Shown piece after piece: positions 52,625-62,732 of a DNA stretch of 64,000 nt; positions within the stretch are counted from its first letter, which is position 1, and every line of letters begins with the position of its first letter. Location of the stretch: assembly GCA_943787795.1 (NCBI GenBank), contig CALSNU010000001.1, positions 416,001 through 480,000 of the forward strand, read 5' to 3'. The notes under the pieces were generated by a model. It had not been told where the DNA came from. It searched no databases and was given only the letters and a program-made list of their open reading frames with translations. This DNA comes from an uncultured bacterium (GTDB lineage Bacteria > Planctomycetota > UBA1135 > GCA-002686595). Made by a program: the position numbers and the translations under genes.

Positions 52625-54534
52625 GCGGCACCTCCACGGCGGACCGAAGCGCTATCCGTGACGGTCTCCAGGCTGCCGGGCGGGCGCTCGGGGACCTCGA
52701 GCGTGAAGCACGCGCCGCGCCCGACGCCATCGCTCTGGACCCGGAGGCTGCCTCCCATCTCCTTGGCCACGTTGGCGCAGGAGTGGAGGCCGAAGCCGTG
52801 CCCGTCGTCGCGAGTCGTATAACCCATGGAGAAGATCCGGATCAGATCCTCCTTCGCGATCCCACAGCCGTTGTCTGCGACAGACAGCGCGAGCATCCCA
52901 TCGGCGCTCTTCCGGAGCTCCAGGAGCACCTCCTGGCTGGGACCACTGGTGGCCTGGCGCGCGTTCTGGATGAGGTTCACGAGGATCTCCAGCAAGCGGT
53001 GCTTGTCGATCTCGATCTCCGGCAGCTGTTCGTAACGCTTGATGACCACGAGCTGAGAAGACTCGCCCTGGGCCTTCTGGGTGATCATGAGCGCCTCGTC
53101 GAACCGGTCGGCGAGGTTGGTGAACTCGCGGAGGCTGGTCTTCTTGGCGATCCCCTGCTGGCTCTTGATCAGCTCGCAGATGTGTTCGATGCCGTCGCTG
53201 AGCGACTGGACCTCGTCGCGGATGGAGCCCCGCTCCTCCCTCAGCTGCTTGACCAGGGCGGCGAGGAACGGCTCGATGTGCTTGCCGCGCGGGTCGGAGG
53301 TGAGGAAGGTCGGCAGGTCCTCGGCGTGCTCGGTCAGGACGGCTGCGAGCCTCTCCAGGTCCCGAATACAGAGCTCATCTAGCCGCTGACCGACGAGGGC
53401 AGCTGAGATGTTCACGCTGTTCAAGACGTTGCCGACGTTGTGGAGGATTCCCGTGGCGAGTTCGCTCTTTCCGGCGGTGCGGGCGGTCTCAAGCAGGTCT
53501 CCGCGAGCCTTCTCGAGGCGGATCATCATCTGATCGAATCCGCGTCCGAGCATCCCGAACTCGTCGTCGCGGGCCGTGTTCAGGCGCGCGTGGAAGTCCT
53601 CGCTAGACCCCGTCTTCTCGGCGTGCTCCGTCAGCTCCTGGATCGGACGCAGGACGAGGTGGTTGAGGACGAGGATGAGGCAGAGCAGCACGATGAAGCC
53701 CATCGTGGCGTCGAGTACCGCGCCGGATGCCATCGCCGTACTTCCAGCGCTCGAGATCCGTCGCACGACGTTCGCGCGCAGGACGATCGAGGGGCGCTCG
53801 AGGATATCGTTGATGGTGGCGTACGCAGCGATCTGGTCGGACTCGCCCTGCGCGTCCAGCACGGGCGCCGTCGCGCTGGTGATCTGGTCGAGGCGCTGGC
53901 TGACGTCCTGCGGCATGGTGCGCGGTCCGTCGATTTGCCAGAGGTCGAAGAGGTTTCCCGTGTCCTCCGCGATGCGATCTCGAACGGTGTCGAAGACGAA
54001 GCGTCCGGCGACGACAAAGCCGTCATTGAGCGGATAGGCCGCGGCTGCGAGGCACATCGGTCCCTTGGAGGTGGCGAGCAAGCCGCTCGACTTCATGCCC
54101 TGGGGATCCAGCGTCGAGGCGGCCCACGCCAGCGCTGGGTGGCGCAGGCTCAGCCGGTTGGGGAACTCCTCGAGGGTGATGGGGGTGTGATCATCCGGGT
54201 CGAGGACGATCTTGTGCGTCGCCGAACCGGAGGCGTCGCAGAAGAGCAGCAGGTCCAGCTCCTGAGCGATGACGCCTCCGAGCCTCGGCGCCGCCGCCGA
54301 GGTGGAGAGGGGGGGGCCGGTGGTTGACGCGACGTACCACCGCGTGATCCGTTCGAGGTCACGGATCTCAGCGTCGAAGGCCCGGGTGATCTCGTCGAGG
54401 TCCTCGATCACCTCCTCTTCTTCAAGTAGCTCGAAGGTGCTCGAGAAGACCGAGTAGTGGATCAACGCGCCGGCGACGGACACAACGATGACCAGCGCCG
54501 AGATGATCGAGGCGATCTTGACCTTGAGGGACAT
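52621..54534 (-). CDS. membrane sensor histidine kinase (periplasmic CHASE4-like sensor, HAMP)
   Basis: Two TMs, HAMP (DEFGML..FDQM), H-box ATGILHNVGNVLNS, NLIQNA, DNGCGI, GHGFGLH. Confidence 0.9.
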   Translation of the reverse strand: MSLKVKIASIISALVIVVSVAGALIHYSVFSSTFELLEEEEVIEDLDEITRAFDAEIRDLERITRWYVASTTGPPLSTSAAAPRLGGVIAQELDLLLFCDASGSATHKIVLDPDDHTPITLEEFPNRLSLRHPALAWAASTLDPQGMKSSGLLATSKGPMCLAAAAYPLNDGFVVAGRFVFDTVRDRIAEDTGNLFDLWQIDGPRTMPQDVSQRLDQITSATAPVLDAQGESDQIAAYATINDILERPSIVLRANVVRRISSAGSTAMASGAVLDATMGFIVLLCLILVLNHLVLRPIQELTEHAEKTGSSEDFHARLNTARDDEFGMLGRGFDQMMIRLEKARGDLLETARTAGKSELATGILHNVGNVLNSVNISAALVGQRLDELCIRDLERLAAVLTEHAEDLPTFLTSDPRGKHIEPFLAALVKQLREERGSIRDEVQSLSDGIEHICELIKSQQGIAKKTSLREFTNLADRFDEALMITQKAQGESSQLVVIKRYEQLPEIEIDKHRLLEILVNLIQNARQATSGPSQEVLLELRKSADGMLALSVADNGCGIAKEDLIRIFSMGYTTRDDGHGFGLHSCANVAKEMGGSLRVQSDGVGRGACFTLEVPERPPGSLETVTDSASVRRGGAA

Positions 54535-54545
54535 GGTCGCCGCCG

Positions 54546-55109
54546 TCAGGCGGCTGCCCTCCGGGGCGGATCTTGCCCCTTGACCGAGACCTCGGATTGG
54601 ATGTCCTCACTGCGAAGCGAGCGGGTGGCCTCGTTCATGAGGTCTGCCAGGTCCTGCAGCTCGTCGCCTGCGCGAAGCCGGATATCGTTCGGACGGTCGC
54701 CCGCGATCACGGCCTTCAGGAATTGATCGAAGCGATACAGGGGGCCGGCGAAGCGGAAGCTGCCGACCACGCCCACCAGGAACGTCAGCGGGAGGAAGAT
54801 CAGCGCGGACCACCCGAGCAGTTCGATGCCGATCGAGCTGGCCTCCTCGGCGGACCATCCACTGTCAGCGGGCATGCGGCTCGCTGCTCGGTGGAGGAGC
54901 GAATCCAGCAGGGTGTATTGAAGGCTGAGCATCAAGACGACCAGGCCCAGGAACTTGGCGCTCAGCCGGAGCTGGAGCCCCGGCCGGATCAGCTTTTGCC
55001 GTCGTCTGAATCTCTGAACCATGGGGGAAGTGGGGGCAGCGCTGTGCTCCCGGGGATGGATCGGAACTCCGGAGAAGCCACCTTGAGACGATCCGGCCTT
55101 CCTGGACAC
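54546..55109 (-). CDS. small 2-TM protein with a HAMP-like C-terminus
   Basis: RRRQKLI...LQLR, two TMs, AGPLYRF...IRLRAGDELQDLADLMN; start may be 55022. Confidence 0.75.
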   Translation of the reverse strand: MSRKAGSSQGGFSGVPIHPREHSAAPTSPMVQRFRRRQKLIRPGLQLRLSAKFLGLVVLMLSLQYTLLDSLLHRAASRMPADSGWSAEEASSIGIELLGWSALIFLPLTFLVGVVGSFRFAGPLYRFDQFLKAVIAGDRPNDIRLRAGDELQDLADLMNEATRSLRSEDIQSEVSVKGQDPPRRAAA

Positions 55110-55254
55110 GTCACAAGCGCAGCTCTCCTCGCCGCCGCTGGCCCTCCCTCGGGCCCGAGCGTGTAGGACGCTCCGATGGCAAGTTGGCTTAGAGAACCAG
55201 CGCCGTCAGGGACTCAGACGGCTCCGGGGCGCCTGAATTCCGCTGCTCAGCCGC

Positions 55255-56559
55255 TCAGCGGGCCGCAAGGCCAGACCTGCGGCTGCGGCAGGTCTTGGTC
55301 TGCTGATAGGACCGGAGCGCGGCCTGGGCGGCCGCCTGCACGGCGGGGTCAGGGTGCAGCCGGTAGGAGTGGACCAGCTTGAGCGCTGTCGGGGAGCGCA
55401 GCGTCCCCAGGGCGCTCAGCGCCAGGCACTGTGTCGCCGCGTCGCCCCCCTCAAGCAGCCCTGCGACTCCTGCCGCGATCTCATCGTGGAAGAGGCGCTT
55501 GGTGCAGATGTCCCGCAGGATCGTCAGCTGGACAGTTCGAGAGGCGAGGTTCAGCTCGTCGAGCTGAAGTTGGCCCTCCGCATCCCACCAGGCGAGCTGA
55601 TCGTCGAACCAGCTGCGCCAGCGCTGGGGGTCGGCAGGCAAGGCCATGCCGGTCAGCTCGTGCAGCGCGGTCTGAGCGGCGGTGCGGACGGTGAGGTTGC
55701 CGTCGTCCAGGCTCTCGATCAGCGGGTAGACATGGGCGCGTTCGCCCGCCTTGGCGAGGCACGCGGCGGCCTGGTGACGCGCGAAGGTCCGCGCGTCCCT
55801 GAGGTAGGTGACCACCCGATCCGCCACTTCAGGGTTCGGTCCCGCGTCCGCCCGGTGGAGTGCGAGGTGGAGTCGATTGAGGACGGCAGGGTCGCTCGCG
55901 GGGAGGGCACCGAGGAGGTGGACCAGCGCCTTGGTGGAGACCCCGGGATCCGCTCCGCCAGCGACCCCATCGAGGATGGCCCGAGTGAGCGGCTCAGGGG
56001 CTCCTTGATAGAGACGTAGGAGGTCGGGGGCGGAGTAGAGCCGAAGCGATGTGGCGTCGAGCAGGCAGCTGCGGAGGCTTGATGGCGCCTCGCCTGCGCG
56101 CCTCGGCGCGAGGTCCACCGCGCTGGTGACAAGGTCCACGAGCGCCCGGAAGTCGGCGGGTGTACCACCTGCGTGGAGGATCTCCACGCCCACCGCCAGC
56201 GCGTGCGCCCTGGCCTCTGAGGGGAGCTCGTGTCGTGAGGTCAGGCTGCTGATGACCTCGGGGACCTGCCTCGTCGTTTCCAGAAGGGCAGCCCGGTTGA
56301 CGCTCTTCAGTCCCTTCATCCTGGCCTCGTGCGACGCCCGGGAGATGTCTTTCAGCCAGCTCGTGACGGCCTCCAGCTCGGCCCCAAGGAGGAGGGCGGT
56401 GAGCTCCTTCACTGGAACGTCGCTCGCGGCGATGTCCCCGTCGCTGGAGGCCTCGATCATCGCTGCCAGCGATTCCCGAGGGAGCTTCGAGTCTCCGGCC
56501 GCAGCCGTGCTGACGACCAGGGAGCTCAACAGGAGGAGTAGAGGAAGGACCCTGGTCAC
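55255..56559 (-). CDS. secreted HEAT-repeat protein
   Basis: Signal peptide; PLIESLDD...VRTAAQTALHELTG...W.SW; DPAVQAAA. Confidence 0.75.
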   Translation of the reverse strand: MTRVLPLLLLLSSLVVSTAAAGDSKLPRESLAAMIEASSDGDIAASDVPVKELTALLLGAELEAVTSWLKDISRASHEARMKGLKSVNRAALLETTRQVPEVISSLTSRHELPSEARAHALAVGVEILHAGGTPADFRALVDLVTSAVDLAPRRAGEAPSSLRSCLLDATSLRLYSAPDLLRLYQGAPEPLTRAILDGVAGGADPGVSTKALVHLLGALPASDPAVLNRLHLALHRADAGPNPEVADRVVTYLRDARTFARHQAAACLAKAGERAHVYPLIESLDDGNLTVRTAAQTALHELTGMALPADPQRWRSWFDDQLAWWDAEGQLQLDELNLASRTVQLTILRDICTKRLFHDEIAAGVAGLLEGGDAATQCLALSALGTLRSPTALKLVHSYRLHPDPAVQAAAQAALRSYQQTKTCRSRRSGLAAR

Positions 56560-58442
56560 TTCTTGAACTCTCCGTCGGGTCCCTTGGGGATGGGCTTGAT
56601 CAGGGCCGTGGTATTGAGGGCTAGCGAGGCGTACTCCAGCTCCGGTTTGAGGAGAGGCGGGCCATCGGGTACCGAGCTCTTCAGGGCCTTGCGGACCTGG
56701 TCCAGCTTCTCCCTGTAAGCGCTGACGTGGTGATCCTGGTCCGACCCGGTCGGTCGCATCCAGCGGCGCAGGGTCCCGTTCCGTGGATCGACCCAGCGCA
56801 TGCTCATGAGGCGGTCGGAGGTGGTGGAGAGGGCCCCGACTGAGCCGGTGTAGGTGGTTGGCGTCCCGGCGTCATCGAGGAGGATCACCTCGCACTCCGA
56901 CTCTGGCGCTGCGGCAGACGAGAGCAGGGGCGTGAGGCCCTGGAGCCGCAGGACCTGCTTGGGGTCGACGGCGAGTCGTCGGGCGAGTCCGTCTCCAACA
57001 GGGATGATCTGCCAGGATGCGATCCGAGGGGCCGCTGCGGTTCCCTGGCCGCCTGTCGCCATCCTGGTGTCGAAGCTGAGTCGCGCACCCGGTTCTGTTT
57101 CCAGGTGCAGAGCCGTGAGGGCTCCGAGCCAGGAGAGGTCCGCGGGGACGACGATCCGATCCCCCGGCGCGTAGAGGGCTCCGTGGAATCTCCCGGATGA
57201 CGGCAGCGAGAGATCGGCCCGCGGACTCTCGGGTGGATTGATGAAGATCGACGTTCCGTGGGCGTCCGGCTCGTCGGCGAGAGAGACCAGCCGGGTGGAT
57301 GCAGCGCTCTGTATGCCGCCCACAAGGTGGACATGGATCGGCCCCTCGGAGTCGTCGAGCTGGAGCTCGGCTCCCGCCTGCAGTCGCAGGACCCCCGCAC
57401 CGAGCACGAGCGGCCCGCTCAATCGAAGGCTGGCGCCGGTGGAGATGATGAGGTCGCCGGCGATCTCGACGCTCGAGGCGAGGCCGAGGCCGACCTGAGA
57501 GCCGGTCACCACGTGGTCGCCCGTGACCTTGGCGGCCGTGCCCGGGTAGAGGACTGGCGGGGGAATGAACCCCGCTGCGTCCAGGTCGATGACACCCTCG
57601 AAGACGGCGTCGCCCGTGGAGAGCACGAGGCCGTCGACGTCAGCGTGGATCAGCGTGGCGAGCCCCTCGGCGTGGCCCGCGGCGGAGCCGGAAGTCGGGT
57701 CCTCCTTCGAACCTGTCTCCGAGGTCGGGTCGGAACCTGTCTCCGACATCGGGTCGGAACGGGGCGCTGACTGGCCGGCCCCTTGGCGCCCCGCTTCATG
57801 GCCCTTCCCCTCCGTTCCCGGAGAGGGCTCCGTGAGCCAATCGACCCAGGAGTATGACTCCGCTGAAGCCCCGCTCCCGCTCGGCCCATCGAAGTCCAGC
57901 GGGCCCAGCGATCCGAGCCTCCCGGTGACGCCCGTGGTCCGATGAGGGTGGGTCGCCGTGACCTGGGACTCGTAGGTGCCGAGCGACGCGTCGAAGCCGT
58001 CCACGAGCGTACCGCGCCCGATCGTGACGCCTTCGATGCCGAAGAAGCCGCGGCTCGTGATGGGGTTCAGGTTGGGGACGATGATGGTCCGCAGCACAAA
58101 CTCCGCCGTGCGGACCTGGGCGGTGCACTGCAGTTCGATGGAGCCGTCCGCTCGGTCCTGGGCATCCACCCAGTAGAGCCCGGCACCGAACGCGGCGGGG
58201 ATCGTCTCGGAGGCGAGGGAGCCGCTCTTGCCCTGGCTGATGGCGAGCGTTGACTCTGCGATTCCCGCCTCGGCCACATACAACGCTGTACGGCGGTCGA
58301 TGCTGAACCTCTGGTCCCGCTCGATCGTCGATTGAACCCTGCGAAGCGTCGCGCTGATGGCGCCCACGGCGAGGACCGCGAGGAGCGACAGCAGCAGCGC
58401 GGCCCCACGACGCGAGGTTTGAGGTTGGATCCCGGCCTTCAT
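56556..58442 (-). CDS. PilX-like pilin-associated protein with a large C-terminal domain
   Basis: RRGAALLLSLL hydrophobic N-terminus; ALYVAEAGI; FHGALYAP. Confidence 0.75.
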   Translation of the reverse strand: MKAGIQPQTSRRGAALLLSLLAVLAVGAISATLRRVQSTIERDQRFSIDRRTALYVAEAGIAESTLAISQGKSGSLASETIPAAFGAGLYWVDAQDRADGSIELQCTAQVRTAEFVLRTIIVPNLNPITSRGFFGIEGVTIGRGTLVDGFDASLGTYESQVTATHPHRTTGVTGRLGSLGPLDFDGPSGSGASAESYSWVDWLTEPSPGTEGKGHEAGRQGAGQSAPRSDPMSETGSDPTSETGSKEDPTSGSAAGHAEGLATLIHADVDGLVLSTGDAVFEGVIDLDAAGFIPPPVLYPGTAAKVTGDHVVTGSQVGLGLASSVEIAGDLIISTGASLRLSGPLVLGAGVLRLQAGAELQLDDSEGPIHVHLVGGIQSAASTRLVSLADEPDAHGTSIFINPPESPRADLSLPSSGRFHGALYAPGDRIVVPADLSWLGALTALHLETEPGARLSFDTRMATGGQGTAAAPRIASWQIIPVGDGLARRLAVDPKQVLRLQGLTPLLSSAAAPESECEVILLDDAGTPTTYTGSVGALSTTSDRLMSMRWVDPRNGTLRRWMRPTGSDQDHHVSAYREKLDQVRKALKSSVPDGPPLLKPELEYASLALNTTALIKPIPKGPDGEFKK

Positions 58443-58448
58443 GAGCAG

Positions 58449-59051
58449 TCAGTTTCGGCAGAAGACACTCTGGGTCCGCTGCATGGGGAGGGGGCGTCCG
58501 TCGAGCCCGTGGCGTTGGATCGTGACGTGGATGTTCACCTGAGGGCCGTCCATCGTGAAGGCGAGGCCGGCCTCGTCGTCGATGGCGTTGCCGTTGTCAT
58601 CCAGCCCGTTGTCGGGGACTTCGTGCATGTAGGAGGAGGGGACGGCGGTCGACCAGACGACCCGCCGCTCTCGCTCGCTCGCGGGACTCTCACGCCAGAG
58701 GATGCGCCCCGTCCCCTCGGTCGTCGGTGACCATTGAATCTCCTCCAGGGGGCCGTGGACGACTCCGCTCTCCTGCACGCCGAGGCAAGCCTGGAAGCGG
58801 ACATACTCGGAGGAGAGGGGCTTGAGCTGCGGCCCATCGAGGGCCGCCGCGTCCGCGCCCATGAGCGCGAGGGCGATCCGGTCCACGGTCTGGTTCAGCT
58901 CGTTCGAGATCCGTGCGTTCAGGGTCCCGGTGACCGCCGCGGCGCGGCCGGCGCGCAGGAGCATCGCGATGTTGATCGACAGGAGGACGAGGATCGTGAA
59001 GGCGATCAAGACCTCGACGAGGGTGTATCCCGCGCGGCGTTGGGCCCTCAT
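58449..59051 (-). CDS. prepilin-type N-terminal cleavage/methylation protein (PilW-like)
   Basis: RRAG|YTLVEVLIA; NGLDDNGNAIDDE motif. Confidence 0.85.
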   Translation of the reverse strand: MRAQRRAGYTLVEVLIAFTILVLLSINIAMLLRAGRAAAVTGTLNARISNELNQTVDRIALALMGADAAALDGPQLKPLSSEYVRFQACLGVQESGVVHGPLEEIQWSPTTEGTGRILWRESPASERERRVVWSTAVPSSYMHEVPDNGLDDNGNAIDDEAGLAFTMDGPQVNIHVTIQRHGLDGRPLPMQRTQSVFCRN

Positions 59052-59650
59052 CGGTCGAGCTTCTCCAGGTTCACGAGGAGGGTGGAGACCTCCATGGTTC
59101 GGTCGCCTAGCTTCGTCCTCCACTCAATCCGCACGGTGACCGGAAGGACGAGGTAGTCGCTCGAGCAATCCCCTGGGAGGACCTCGAGGTCACCGTCCAG
59201 GTCTCTTGGGAGGCCGAACTGGGGTTGGTCGAGGGTCTCATCGAGGACCGCTCCATCGCCGGGCAGCAGCACCCGACCGGTGGGGCGCGGCTCGCCTTGT
59301 TCATCAAGGACCGGGCTCAGGCCCTCCACGTCGAAGAAGGGCCCCCGGCCCGTGCCCTCTCCGTCGGGGTCGTCGGAGGGGTCGTCGTTGAAGAGCGCGA
59401 AGACCAGCGCCATGGGCATCGAGCGTATCTGCTCCATGCAGTTCACGGCCCCCTCAGCGGCGACGACTCGCTGCTGCCGAGACGCGGTGCTCATCACCGC
59501 GGCGGTCACCGACGCGGAGAGGATGTACGTGGCGACGGTCCCGACGACGACGGCGATCATCACCTCGACCACGGTGAATCCCCGGAGCCCCTTATCGCCC
59601 CTGGTCCTGCTGAATATCCGTGTCTCCAAGCGTCGCTCCAATGCCCCCAA
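59048..59650 (-). CDS. prepilin-type N-terminal cleavage/methylation protein (PilV-like)
   Basis: RG|FTVVEVMIAVVV; PRDLDGD; LPVTVRIEW; start uncertain. Confidence 0.82.
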   Translation of the reverse strand: MGALERRLETRIFSRTRGDKGLRGFTVVEVMIAVVVGTVATYILSASVTAAVMSTASRQQRVVAAEGAVNCMEQIRSMPMALVFALFNDDPSDDPDGEGTGRGPFFDVEGLSPVLDEQGEPRPTGRVLLPGDGAVLDETLDQPQFGLPRDLDGDLEVLPGDCSSDYLVLPVTVRIEWRTKLGDRTMEVSTLLVNLEKLDR

Positions 59651-59784
59651 GCAGGGGGTCTTCGTCGCCGGTGATCCGGCTCCTTGAGGCGCCAGTTGGA
59701 ATCAGCCTGCGTGGATCACACTGCGACGGGATCACCCCAAGGGGATGACCCTGTGCCCGCGGTTCTCGAGCTCTTGGCCCCGGG

Positions 59785-61573
59785 TCAGAGGTCGAACTGG
59801 CGCCGGACCCAGTCGGGTCGCGAGTAGTCCCAGTTTAGCTCGGCCATTCCAGCGACGAGGACGGGATAGAGCTCGAGGAGGACCTGGAGCAGGTCGCTGT
59901 CCAGCGTCGCGGCGTCCATGTAGTTGACGAGTGCGCGTTGCTCCATCGGGCGGCGATTCTCAGGGGCGAGGATGGAGCGCCAGGCCGCGCCAAACGACCC
60001 CCCGGTCTCCTGCTTGCGCTGGTGGATGATCAGATGCAGCAGGTCGATCAGCGGGAGGAAGCGCTCCTCACTGGCGCCCCAGTCGAGGTAGCCGATGATC
60101 GCCCCGTCGCTGTCGACCTGGAGGTGTTTGGCCCGCAGGTCCGCATGGTAGACGCCCAGTCGAACCGCGCGGCCGACGAGGCCCTTCACGGGCGCGTTCG
60201 ATCATGCGGCGAACTCGAGCGTGGGTCTCCCTGCTGGCGATGAGCTCGAGCACCAGGTCAAAGCGCGGCTGCAGCATGGTCTCGAAGAGCTCGTCGTCCA
60301 TGGTCGTCGCCTGCGGTTCGAGCAGGCGCACGAGGTGCTCGGAGGCGTCACTAAACATCCGGTCTGTGAGACGCGGCTCACCGGTGACATCGGTTCCGTT
60401 GAGGCCGTCAACCCTGCGTTCGACCGCGACCTCTGCGCCCTCGATCACCCCGTGGAAGAGCGGCTGTGGGACAGGGACGCCGGGGTACTCCGCGCGCACG
60501 CGCGTGAGCCAGGCGTGGTGCTGCTCGACCATGCGCCGCTTGGCCGGCTGGAGCGCGATGTGGACGGTCCAGCGGCCCTCCTGCCCCGCGCCGCCCGGGA
60601 GCGTCGTGTGTAGCAAGGCGTCGTTGCTCCGCGTGGCGACGAGCATGTCCACCTCCGGCCTTGGCTCGCCGCAGGCGGCGGCGACCTCCTCCAGCAGGCG
60701 GTTGATCCGGCTAGGGCCGGAGGCGACGCGCTGGGCGTGGACCGCGAAGGAGGGCGTCAGCCACGGAAACAGGCCGAGCCTCGTGCCGAGCACCTTGAGG
60801 CGGTTCTTTCGTTCCCTGGGGCCGATGGTGAGCCGCGGCCGAGGCTGACCCAGGGCCACCACATGGCTGAACTCCCGGGCATGGGGGTACAGGGAGAAGG
60901 CCTGGGCATGGCCCCATGGACCGCGGCCGGCGGCGAGCGTCCCAGGGAGCGCCCGTTCTCCGCGAGAGGGCCTCACGATCTCCCGGATCAGGTGGAGCGG
61001 GTGTCGCCTGAAGGCGCCACGTCGACCCGTGGAGCGCTTGTAGCCGAGGCGATTGTCGGCCGTGATGAGCAGCTCGCGCCGGCAGACCCTGCGGAGCTCG
61101 TCCGCCGTGAAGCCCCAGCCTGTCGCCGGGGAGGGGAGGCCGCCCTCGAGGACGACGAGGTCGAAGCTCTCGTCCAGGAACGGAAGCGTCGCGCTGTCGC
61201 CCGCGGCGACAGCGTTGGTGGATCCGGGCGCCAGCGCGGCGGCGCGCTCGAGTGCGAACCGGAGCCGCTCGGGCTCCTTCTCCAGCACGGTCACGTCGAA
61301 TCCGAGGGTGCCGAGGGCGACGGGCGTGCCCGAGAACGCATCCCCGATGAAGAGCGCGCGTCCAGCGGCACCCGCGAGGAGCATCGCCCAGGCGCCGCGG
61401 CTCTCCTTCATGAGCATCATCAACCCGTCGGACTCATCCTCGGGGAGCTCGAGGACGAGCGTCTCGAGCCGACGCTTGAAGGACGCGCTGCTAAGGAAGA
61501 AGCGCTCGAGCGCCGCGCCCATGGCTGGACTCAACCCGTGGGCTCGTCGATCGATCGAAGGGGGAGGCGCCAT
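59785..61573 (-). CDS. methyltransferase-like + phosphotransferase (APH-like) fusion; frameshifted near 60183
   Basis: N-part has LPFLDESFDLVVL, DNRLGYK and PVPQPL; C-part (ORF 59785..60189) has YHADL...H and YLDWG; removing one base at 60182-60184 joins them. Confidence 0.72.
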
Positions 61574-61716
61574 CGCAGTGGATCATGGCTCCGTGGGCGA
61601 TGGGATGGAACCCGGGGGGCCCGGGCAAGGGGGCAACGCCCGCCAGTGAGCCTTCATCCGGGACCCCGGGCGGCCGCAGGTTTGGCCGCGGCGGCTCGGT
61701 TCGACATGATCATGGG

Positions 61717-62559
61717 ATGCGTGTCGCAACCCTCGAGATGGATGTCCGGTCGGGAGACCCCGAGGGGAATCTGGAGGCCGCGCTGCGGGGGATTCAGGCA
61801 GCTGCGGATGAGGGGGCAGAGCTCGTGGCGCTCCCGGAGATGTGGTCCACCGGCTTCGCGGCGGGGCTCGGAGAGCCAGAGCTCGGTCTCGGAGAGGCGG
61901 CCCTCGGGGCGGTGGCGGCGGCCTCTGCCTCGCTGGACCTCGTGGTCGTGGGCTCGGGGCCGGCAGCGGTCGAGGTGAGCGGCCTCCCGGCGAATCGGGC
62001 CCACGTGCTGGTGCGCGGGCAGCAGATGGGCGGATACGACAAGGTCCACCTGTTCTCTCCAACGGCCGAGTCGCTCGCCTTCACGGCGGGGGACCGGCCG
62101 CCCGTGCCCACGGAGATGCCGGGGAGCGACGTCCGCATCGCGCCGATCGTCTGCTACGACCTGCGCTTCCCGGCGGTCTCCAAGGCCGCGGTTCGGGCGG
62201 GCGCAGAGGTCCTCGTCGTGGTCGCCCAGTGGCCGGAGGCGAGGGCTGCACACTGGGCCGCTCTGCTGCGCGGCCGGGCGGCGGAGTGCCAGGCGTACGT
62301 GATCGGCTGCAATCGGATCGGTGAGGACGAGGTGGGCCGGAAGCGGCTGCGTCTGCGCTTCCCTGGGGGCTCCGCGGTGGTGGGCCCGGACGGCGAAGAC
62401 GTTGCCCCTGCTCTTCGAGTCGAGGTGGCCGCTGGGCGGCGGCTGGCGTCGCGCCTGTCGGTTCACCAGGTCGACCCCGGAGAGGTACGGAGGCTCCGCC
62501 GAGAGGTCCCGGTGGCCCGGGACGAGCGGCGGGATCGATACGCCGCCTGGCTCAAATAA
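61717..62559 (+). CDS. carbon-nitrogen hydrolase (nitrilase family amidase)
   Basis: Catalytic triad motifs LPEMW, YDKVHLF, VCYDLRFP; AQWP..R..HW..L. Confidence 0.92.
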   Translation: MRVATLEMDVRSGDPEGNLEAALRGIQAAADEGAELVALPEMWSTGFAAGLGEPELGLGEAALGAVAAASASLDLVVVGSGPAAVEVSGLPANRAHVLVRGQQMGGYDKVHLFSPTAESLAFTAGDRPPVPTEMPGSDVRIAPIVCYDLRFPAVSKAAVRAGAEVLVVVAQWPEARAAHWAALLRGRAAECQAYVIGCNRIGEDEVGRKRLRLRFPGGSAVVGPDGEDVAPALRVEVAAGRRLASRLSVHQVDPGEVRRLRREVPVARDERRDRYAAWLK

Positions 62560-62607
62560 AAGACCCCGCCAGGTCCTCGAGAGGACTCGGCGGGGTCACC
62601 CTTTTTT
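62554..62607. terminator. bidirectional intrinsic terminator
   Basis: AAATAAAA-GACCCCGCC..GTCCTC/GAGGAC..GGCGGGGTC-ACCC-TTTTTT between convergent genes. Confidence 0.8.
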
Positions 62608-62732
62608 CTCGGCATGCGCGGCGGAGCGCGCGGCCTACACCTGCCGCGGGTGGCGATGAGCCGCCGCGATCGGTGATGCGTTGGTGGTCATGCCGTCACC
62701 GCTGGAGCGCTCGGCGGGGGTGGACCATCGCC

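Noticed and set aside
62635..62691. 18-codon ORF (MTTNASPIAAAHRHPRQV) before the terminator as an attenuator leader
   Set aside because: The hairpin lies between convergent genes, with no co-oriented gene downstream to regulate
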